Below are positions 57,651 through 64,000 of a DNA stretch of 64,000 bases, piece after piece (position 1 is the stretch's first letter; the number at the start of each line of letters is the position of its first letter). The DNA is taken from contig JACPHU010000010.1 of NCBI GenBank assembly GCA_016188495.1, forward strand, positions 349 to 64,348, read 5' to 3'. Source of the DNA: Candidatus Uhrbacteria bacterium (GTDB taxonomy: Bacteria > Patescibacteriota > Patescibacteriia > UBA9934 > GWF2-40-263). A program made the translations under genes and the position numbers. The notes under the pieces are model-generated. The model saw only the letters and a program-made list of their open reading frames with translations, was not told where the DNA came from and did no database searches.

Positions 57651-59300
57651 ATGTCTGAATTTCAACCTATTCATGAACATTCCCAACGAATGCCGTTACA
57701 TGATTTAAAACCGCATGAGTTGCCGCAAGAAAAAGAATCAACAGAAGAATTTAAAATTTTTACAGGTCTTTCGCGCGAGGCGTATGCTGCGCGTGCGGAG
57801 AAAAAACAAGGAGTTGAAGCGCGGGAAATGTTTGAGCGCGTTTGTTCTATTGCAGAGACAATAAGAGAAAAAGGGGGGCGTGCTCTTTTGGTCGGCGGGT
57901 CTGTGCGTGATGAAGTGTTGGGCTTGCCAAGCAAGGATTTTGATTTGGAGGTCTATGGAATACAACCAGATCAGATGGAGGAGTTGTTGAAACCGTTTGG
58001 GAAAATGGATTTAGTAGGAAAGGCATTTGGCATTATCAAAATAACTGATGGAGGGATGGATATTGATGTGTCCATCCCTAGACGCGATTCGAAAGTGTAT
58101 GAGGATGGGGAGGTGCATGTGGAACCTGATCCAACGATGTCGATCAAAGAGGCGGCAAAGCGACGCGATTTCACGTTTAACGCTCTTTCAAAAGATCCGT
58201 TAACCGGAGATATTTTTGATCCGTTCAATGGGATTGAGGATTTGCGCACCCGCACGCTTCGCGTGACCGACACGGAATTATTTAAAGACGATTCGTTGCG
58301 TGTGATGCGCGGGGCGCAGTTTATCGGACGGTTCGGGCTAAAAGCGGATCCCCAATCCATGCAGCTGTTTCAAGAAATGGTTCCTTTTTTGGATAGGCTT
58401 CCTAAGGAGCGGTTTTATCAGGAGTGGAATAAATTGCTGTTGAAATCAGAACGACCGGCGCGTGCGCTTCAGGCACTTTTTGATATGGGGGTTATTGAGA
58501 CCGTTTATCCTGAATTGTTCATTGCGAAGGGGACACCACAAGAATTTGAGTGGCATCCAGAAGGGGATGTTTGGGTACATACGCTTATGGTTGTGGATGA
58601 GGCGAGCAGAATCTGTCAACAGGAGCAGCTAGATAAAACAAAAACAGAGACCATTATGCTTGCAAGTTTGTGTCATGATTTGGGAAAACCAGGAACTACC
58701 CAATGGAAGGATGGTCGTTGGCGTTCGCAAGGACACGAGCCTGCAGGGGAGGAACCAACAAGGATTTTTTTGGAAAAGATCGGAGTGTCCAAAGAACTGC
58801 AACAAAAAGTCGTTGCTCTTGTGAAGGAACATTTGTGGCCAGGAACCATGTATCGACTGCATGCGGAAGGGAGCTTTGTTTCCGATGGAGCCTTTCGAAG
58901 ACTTGCTAAACGTCTTTTCCCCGCAACGGTTGAAGAATTAACGTACGTTGCCCAAGCGGATCATCAAGGACGCGGACCGTTTGCAGACCCTAAAGAGAAA
59001 GATCAATTTTTATTACCGCCAGATTACCCGGCAGGAAAATGGGTCAGATCGCAGGCGCGACGACTGGGAGTAGAAAAAGAACCTCCAAAACCTATTTTGC
59101 TTGGACGAGATCTGATACAGTTCGGACTCAAACCAAGTACAAAACCAGGAGAAAGGTTTGGAGAATTAATAAAATTCTCGGAGCAATTACGAGATGATCA
59201 CAATATTTCGCATGAAGAGCTTCTCGCGTTGTTGGCAGGCATCTCTTCTGTACAAGAGGCAAAGCAAAGAATGGAATCACGGATTTTGCAAAAGATGTAA
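57651..59300 (+). CDS. cca: CCA-adding tRNA nucleotidyltransferase with HD domain
   Basis: Head domain 'RALLVGGSVRDEVLGLPSKDFDLEV', 'RRDFTFNAL'; HD motif 'HTLMVVDEAS...LCHDLGKP'. Confidence 0.85.
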   Translation: MSEFQPIHEHSQRMPLHDLKPHELPQEKESTEEFKIFTGLSREAYAARAEKKQGVEAREMFERVCSIAETIREKGGRALLVGGSVRDEVLGLPSKDFDLEVYGIQPDQMEELLKPFGKMDLVGKAFGIIKITDGGMDIDVSIPRRDSKVYEDGEVHVEPDPTMSIKEAAKRRDFTFNALSKDPLTGDIFDPFNGIEDLRTRTLRVTDTELFKDDSLRVMRGAQFIGRFGLKADPQSMQLFQEMVPFLDRLPKERFYQEWNKLLLKSERPARALQALFDMGVIETVYPELFIAKGTPQEFEWHPEGDVWVHTLMVVDEASRICQQEQLDKTKTETIMLASLCHDLGKPGTTQWKDGRWRSQGHEPAGEEPTRIFLEKIGVSKELQQKVVALVKEHLWPGTMYRLHAEGSFVSDGAFRRLAKRLFPATVEELTYVAQADHQGRGPFADPKEKDQFLLPPDYPAGKWVRSQARRLGVEKEPPKPILLGRDLIQFGLKPSTKPGERFGELIKFSEQLRDDHNISHEELLALLAGISSVQEAKQRMESRILQKM

Positions 59301-59373
59301 ATCTAAATAGGAGATAAAACGAGCTATTGCAACCAAACCGTTGGAATGCTACACTTTTTTCCGCAATTCAGTT

Positions 59374-59448
59374 GCGGAAATAGCTCAGTGGTAGAGCGTC
59401 TCCTTGCCAAGGAGAAGGTCGCGGGTTCGATACCCGTTTTCCGCTCCA
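59374..59448 (+). tRNA. tRNA-Gly (anticodon GCC)
   Basis: GCGGAAA-TA-GCTCAGTGGTAGAGC-G-TCTCC-TTGCCAA-GGAGA-AGGTC-GCGGGTTCGATACCCGT-TTTCCGC-T-CCA folded by hand. Confidence 0.85.
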
Positions 59449-59450
59449 TA

Positions 59451-59484
59451 AAAAGACTCTAGTAAAAACTGGAGTCTTTTTTGT
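59451..59484 (+). terminator. rho-independent terminator after tRNA-Gly
   Basis: AAAAAGACTCTAGTAAAAACTGGAGTCTTTTTTG. Confidence 0.65.
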
Positions 59485-59488
59485 TCTT

Positions 59489-60019
59489 TTATTGAGTATA
59501 AGGAGGCATGGTTTGTACCTTGAATGACCCGTCTTCGGATTTGGTCACCGTAAATGGAAAAACGTTTTGGGATGTTTCTTCAGGAGAGGAACCGTCTGGA
59601 GTATTGATGCGGAATTCTGAGCCGTCTTCATTGGAGAACCAGACGTAGACGATATAGGCGTCATCCTTTTGTCCCGCTTCTAAACTTCTTATTTCTAAAC
59701 AATTGAGTCCATTTATTTCACAGCCATTTTTCCACAGTTGGGCATAATCCGTTTTGTTGATGGTCGGATTCCAGTCCTGTAACTGAGTGTAGTCTGATCC
59801 ATAATAATATGATGCTTCTTCGTATTGTTTGTCGTGCAAACTGGAGAGAAATATGATCACCGCCTCTTTTGCTTTGTCTATGTCCGCTTGATTTAGACTT
59901 TCTTGTACAAGAGAATTTATGTCTGTGGGTTGTTGTACATTTTTTGTAATTAAGAATGTAGCTGCTACAGCGATAGCAATACCGATGATGAGAAATAAAA
60001 AATGGGAACGATTTTTCAT
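59489..60019 (-). CDS. secreted hypothetical protein (176 aa)
   Basis: N-terminal TM/signal anchor 'FLFLIIGIAIAVAATFLI'. Confidence 0.55.
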   Translation of the reverse strand: MKNRSHFLFLIIGIAIAVAATFLITKNVQQPTDINSLVQESLNQADIDKAKEAVIIFLSSLHDKQYEEASYYYGSDYTQLQDWNPTINKTDYAQLWKNGCEINGLNCLEIRSLEAGQKDDAYIVYVWFSNEDGSEFRINTPDGSSPEETSQNVFPFTVTKSEDGSFKVQTMPPYTQ

Positions 60020-60181
60020 ATTTTATCTTGTTCAGAGAGGAGGAACTTTATCCTATTAGTATAACCTGCTTGATCTATGGGCATTAAAAGTTTTTCTCTC
60101 ATCTGATTTTTAAAACAAAACACCCCGCCAGACCAGCAATCATCCGACGGGATGTCTTGTTGGGTAGGACGGGGTAGTAGA

Positions 60182-60475
60182 TTACTTGGTCTCGACGAAC
60201 GTCACGGATCCTTCGACGAGACCAAACGAGCTGTCTTCCTGGAAGACGCTGGTTTCCGGCATCTCGCTTTCTCGCATGGGGCGCGTTAGGTGCCACATAT
60301 CATCATTCTTCCAGGTCACCACTACGAGCTTACGACCCGGCGGCAGGTTGACCGTGATATCACCACCGAATTGTTTCGCGATCTGATTCTGGGTGCAGCT
60401 ACTGAGTAGACTGGCAACGAAGAGGGCAAAAAGACCGAGAGTACCGAAGACAATCGCACGAGTGTGTCTGGACAT
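60182..60475 (-). CDS. small lipoprotein, hypothetical (97 aa), GC-rich by eye
   Basis: Signal peptide plus lipobox 'LLSSC'; strong GGAGGA RBS. Confidence 0.6.
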   Translation of the reverse strand: MSRHTRAIVFGTLGLFALFVASLLSSCTQNQIAKQFGGDITVNLPPGRKLVVVTWKNDDMWHLTRPMRESEMPETSVFQEDSSFGLVEGSVTFVETK

Positions 60476-60636
60476 GGATAGTCCTCCATGAAGTGTGATC
60501 CTGACCTTTCCCGGGGATCGGGATTGTTCAATGGATTTGTCACAATGACGCTGACAAATATTTCATAAAATTCCTTTTTTGTCAAGATTTATTTTAATAA
60601 ACAGATTAAATTAATTGATTATTTTGGTTATATTTT

Positions 60637-60665
60637 TTGACAAAATCATGATTTTCTGTTAATAT
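60637..60665 (+). promoter_or_regulatory. sigma70-like promoter (TTGACA - 17 nt - TAATAT) upstream of CPBP protease gene
   Basis: Hexamers read directly at 60637-60642 and 60660-60665 in an AT-rich intergenic region. Confidence 0.45.
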
Positions 60666-60741
60666 TTCACGTTATTTATTTTTTCTTGAAAAGGAAATAT
60701 TCATTATTTTCTTTTTACGAAGATTACCAGACCCTTGGTAA

Positions 60742-61449
60742 TTGAATGATTCTTCCAGTGCAATTCTATTAGGGGGTAACGTGAATACCATTTTTCTGGT
60801 TCTTCTTCTTTCGAATGTCGTTTGTTTCTTCATTCCTGGTTTCTGGATTCAGGTCTGGACGACCTACCGTTCTTTGCGTTTGCGTCACTTCGGAGTTTTT
60901 CTGGTTCTTCTTGTTATTGTGGCGGTTGGAGCAAACACTATTTCCAATCTTCATCCCGCATTCGCTTGGGGGTGGTCACCCACTGGTGACAACATAGGTA
61001 TCGCTCCGATGTCGAGTGCCATAAAACATGGGGGACTGGAAAAGATTGTAGGTATGCTAGGATTCGTTCTTATTTTGTTGGTCATGCCCAGTGCCGTCCT
61101 ATTCGAGGAGAAAATGTTTCGTTACAAGAAACTTGCGTGGGGAAAGGTTGTTTTTTCATCGATTGTCTTTGGCTTCATGCACTGTCTTCTAGCGGGACTT
61201 TCTCTGGGTATCGGCTTGATTCTGAGTGTGGTCGGTTTCGTTCTCGCCATCCTCTACCGAAAGGCATACTTTCATACCTTCGCCAAACTTGATGGTGAAT
61301 TTATGAGGATTGATGAAGAAGATCCTTCTCCTATCTCGGAGGATATTCGTGCAGATTTGAGTCATGAAGCAGCCCTCAAAGAATCGACTTGTTATCATTT
61401 GGCTTACAATACAAGTCTGATTCTTATCGTGATCGTCGTCAACCTGTAA
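60742..61449 (+). CDS. CPBP-family intramembrane metalloprotease (CAAX protease / Abi)
   Basis: 'EEKMFRYK' (EExxxR) and 'FGFMHCLL' (FxxxH) motifs in TM context. Confidence 0.75.
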   Translation: MNDSSSAILLGGNVNTIFLVLLLSNVVCFFIPGFWIQVWTTYRSLRLRHFGVFLVLLVIVAVGANTISNLHPAFAWGWSPTGDNIGIAPMSSAIKHGGLEKIVGMLGFVLILLVMPSAVLFEEKMFRYKKLAWGKVVFSSIVFGFMHCLLAGLSLGIGLILSVVGFVLAILYRKAYFHTFAKLDGEFMRIDEEDPSPISEDIRADLSHEAALKESTCYHLAYNTSLILIVIVVNL

Positions 61450-61468
61450 TTGAAAAGAAGGAGGTTGT

Positions 61469-61747
61469 ATGCGAATTCTGTACGTAGGAACAGGGATGGT
61501 GATTGGCGGGGTATCGCTCATGATGCCGGTCATACTCCTCTTGGGTTTTTCGAAAATGACTGCCGGTATCGTGGGTATGAGTATTTCCACTATTGGTTTC
61601 GTTATCCAAATGTACGCCATGTTCAGTATTCGGGCTTCTTTTGAACAAGAATCCAAATTGTTAGAGCAGAAGCACGAAGCCGTTATGGAGAAAGCCAAAA
61701 CGCTTCCGCCAGAGGAAGCTATCAACTTGCTATTGAGTGATAAGTAA
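61469..61747 (+). CDS. small membrane protein (92 aa)
   Basis: AGGAGG RBS; two TM helices. Confidence 0.5.
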   Translation: MRILYVGTGMVIGGVSLMMPVILLLGFSKMTAGIVGMSISTIGFVIQMYAMFSIRASFEQESKLLEQKHEAVMEKAKTLPPEEAINLLLSDK

Positions 61748-61944
61748 CATCATGAAACGACGAAGAGACGGAACGTTCCGCCTCTTTTTTATTTTGGTCT
61801 TTAGAATCCGTGCTGATATCGTTTAAACAGCTGATTGTTCTCTCAATCACTCTTTCCTCCCCATAACCTGCGGGAGGATTTTTAAATCCGATCATAGTGT
61901 TGGTGATATGATATATCCATCGTTGAATCAACCAACATATTTTT

Positions 61945-62673
61945 ATGAAACATCAACCGTTTGAACGACTTCATACCATGCTCGATCAACAGCTTCTGCC
62001 TTCGATGATTGAAAAAGGACAGCAGAAAGAAAGAATAAGTAAAAAGAAGATAGATCTTTTTTGTCGCGAATTACTTGAAGAAAATCCTTTATTAAGAGAA
62101 ACAATTACAAAACAGATGTCTTTTTTGAGAGAACATAAACTTCCGTTACCCGCTGTTCATATCACGTCAAAATCTCTTCTTCAGAAAGACGGAACTCAAC
62201 AGAGTACAGGCTTTGTTGAAAATATTAAAAAGAACGGATTTCGCAAGAGAGATACCAACGTAGGAATTTTTATAAGACGGGGTCAGAAACCTGTTCCTGC
62301 CAACCCTGAATTTTTTGAAGTAAACCCTCAGGAGTTTATTAAATCCGTGCGCTTATTTTTAGAAAGATATACTCGCCACGGACTCAGAACCAATAAGCAA
62401 GTTTTAGGAGATTTTAGAGAAAAGGGAAAGGGAATTCCTGCGATGGTTCTGATTCAGGGAAATTTAGCCTTAGAGCATGGGACCGATTACGACGACCACT
62501 TTATTTTAAAAGAAGGAACGAGTCCGGATGAAATTATCGGGAGTATAGATTTGGAAAAACACAATGAACCAACATCAAAAGAAGATCTCACCCATCTCGT
62601 CCAAGAGATACTCAACCAAGTCGATTTTTATTATCGATCTGGTCTGCAAGAGAAGAACGAACTTGCTGCTTAG
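61945..62673 (+). CDS. hypothetical protein (242 aa)
   Basis: ORF followed by terminator hairpin 62693-62728. Confidence 0.5.
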   Translation: MKHQPFERLHTMLDQQLLPSMIEKGQQKERISKKKIDLFCRELLEENPLLRETITKQMSFLREHKLPLPAVHITSKSLLQKDGTQQSTGFVENIKKNGFRKRDTNVGIFIRRGQKPVPANPEFFEVNPQEFIKSVRLFLERYTRHGLRTNKQVLGDFREKGKGIPAMVLIQGNLALEHGTDYDDHFILKEGTSPDEIIGSIDLEKHNEPTSKEDLTHLVQEILNQVDFYYRSGLQEKNELAA

Positions 62674-62742
62674 AGTGGAAAATTTTAAATAAAAGACCCC
62701 ACCAGGCAGATGATCCGGGTGGGGTTTTCGTTTGGTTGTAGC

Positions 62743-63285
62743 TTACCAGAACAAGTTGGTTGCGATGATACGACCATCTGTTGATTGCCCTCGTACGAGT
62801 CCCATTCGAGTTGTCGCAACTTCCTCGCTCGTGAACAGCCTTATGGCTGGGTGCACGTATAACGACCGGAAGATTGTTTTAGGTACAATCATCTCAAACA
62901 GGTGAAAATATCGGTATGAAAAAGGATTTTCATCTGGCTGTGCAGACGCGCGAGGACTGTCCGTCTCGCCAGCCTGATGTAGAGATTTTACGTAACGAAT
63001 TTGAATATCCGCTGCTTCTTCTACAGTCAAAATAGGAGGCATACCGGGAAGTTCAATGGTCGTGAGTTCTTCTTGGATTTCTCGAACAGGATCTGTCTCA
63101 CAAAACTGAGGATCCCGATTGCTAAAGAGATCCATTACCTCTGTGAAGTGTCGCATCTGAACGAGGAATCGAGCATCGTTCCCTTTTTCCATTTTGGCCT
63201 GGAATCGATCCTCTAAAATATGGACGCCCATGTCAGTGAGCTCTGCTGCTCCACCGATGGCACCATAGATCCGTTCGCCTCGCAT
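62743..63285 (-). CDS. hypothetical protein (180 aa)
   Basis: ORF only. Confidence 0.45.
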   Translation of the reverse strand: MRGERIYGAIGGAAELTDMGVHILEDRFQAKMEKGNDARFLVQMRHFTEVMDLFSNRDPQFCETDPVREIQEELTTIELPGMPPILTVEEAADIQIRYVKSLHQAGETDSPRASAQPDENPFSYRYFHLFEMIVPKTIFRSLYVHPAIRLFTSEEVATTRMGLVRGQSTDGRIIATNLFW

Positions 63286-63638
63286 CAGATGTCTGCGGTT
63301 GAGCAGACCAAGAAAATGAGTTCTCCTGTTTCAGACACAATGACTCTTGGAACTAGATTAGCCACGGAAATTCGTATTTCCATTTTATTTCTCTTAAAGA
63401 AAAACGCATCCATGATCAGTAGTATGTCAGCTGCGTGACTGTTGCCGATATGCATGGATGCGCGAGTTGTTGTCGTCTGAATTTGATTTACTTATTCTTC
63501 CAGAACTGCGCCCCGAAGACCATGGGCGCATAAAGTCCGATGAGTGGCCATGCAGATTGTGTAATCTGTACGGCGAAACCGATTGCGACACACATTGCCA
63601 CCATGGATACACAGCCGGCGATATTGCGAGAGATCATT

Positions 63639-63845
63639 TTAGCTCCTTACTGTTTCATTGACGTGGACATGATCATCCTGGGGAACAAGCGTGAATGTTG
63701 TTCCACAATCTTGACAGCGTAGTTTCACGATCTTTTTACGTCTGTTCCCCATCTGCATCTGAACGGGGTGTTTGAAGCTTTCCTCCCCGGTTTCCTCATT
63801 GACGAGACCGTTTCGACGACAGTTACAGACAACGTCAACGAACAC
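63639..63845 (-). CDS. small zinc-ribbon-like protein (68 aa)
   Basis: 'CNC...CQDCG' Cys pairs. Confidence 0.3.
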   Translation of the reverse strand: MFVDVVCNCRRNGLVNEETGEESFKHPVQMQMGNRRKKIVKLRCQDCGTTFTLVPQDDHVHVNETVRS

Positions 63846-64000
63846 GATCCCGTCACCCTTGGCCGTGAACCCAAAAATTCATTTCATCGCTAAGTAAATA
63901 CAAAAAGGACATCTGGTATCCTGTGAGGTGTATAACTCTTCACAAGAAAACCGTATGTCCTTTTTGTATTCTGAGAATATCACTGAACTTTTTATTTGGG

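Noticed and set aside
63427-63661. Small ORFs at 63427-63661 on either strand; a 49-aa minus-strand membrane peptide (63488..63637, MISRNIAGCVSMVAMCVAIGFAV...) is conceivable
   Set aside because: Too short and without RBS or homology evidence to call confidently.

Overview
The window reads as a gene-dense bacterial chromosome segment with many short secreted/membrane hypotheticals, arrays of T4SS-pilin-like genes, PolX and H+-PPase. That content is compatible with a small-genome, Patescibacteria/CPR-like organism, but the lineage cannot be proven from sequence alone.

Supported content:
- A replication-origin region: rpmH-rnpA-yidD on the minus strand, then dnaA-dnaN on the plus strand. It has one perfect and several near-consensus DnaA boxes and an AT-rich stretch.
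- Housekeeping genes (rnhB, hppA, tig, nfo, ruvB, cca, polX, galU, ribA), four tRNAs (Cys-GCA, Ser-CGA, Leu-TAA, Gly-GCC), cell-wall genes (PBP1A, SpoIID-domain protein, D,D-carboxypeptidase, 3D-domain protein, Wzx/Wzy-like) and an Fe-S assembly/ferredoxin/reductase operon.

Most interesting points:
1. An approximately 8.7-kb insertion-like island (3.0-11.7 kb) sits between the conserved hppA and tig genes. It encodes a 1061-aa SNF2-helicase/class-I SAM-methyltransferase fusion, a DGQHR (DndB-like, ParB-nuclease-superfamily) protein and four proteins with no recognizable domains. This is a candidate non-canonical DNA-modification/defence system that lacks the usual Dnd, Dpd or DISARM partners.
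2. A family of 120-150-bp structured, imperfect-palindromic elements has conserved subterminal motifs ('CAAAAnTCGATGAGrTT' ... 'AAGATCGCGAnTTTT') and copy-specific but complementary outer arms. Three copies abut the 5' ends of tRNA genes in a fixed orientation.
3. A second, short (about 48-bp) dispersed repeat family has the form 'GAATATTCCCTGAGC ... GTCGAAGGGGTA', with a variable, stem-preserving centre.
4. Five tandem VirB2/TrbC-like pilin paralogues; one carries a Cys-rich C-terminal extension.
5. Two disrupted small genes: a GIY-YIG gene with an in-frame TAA and a DUF2164 gene frameshifted in an A7 run.

Several patches look GC-richer by eye (a 736-aa membrane protein gene and two lipoprotein genes at 43.6-44.8 kb), which suggests mosaic acquisition. 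All family names rest on motif recognition without database searches.
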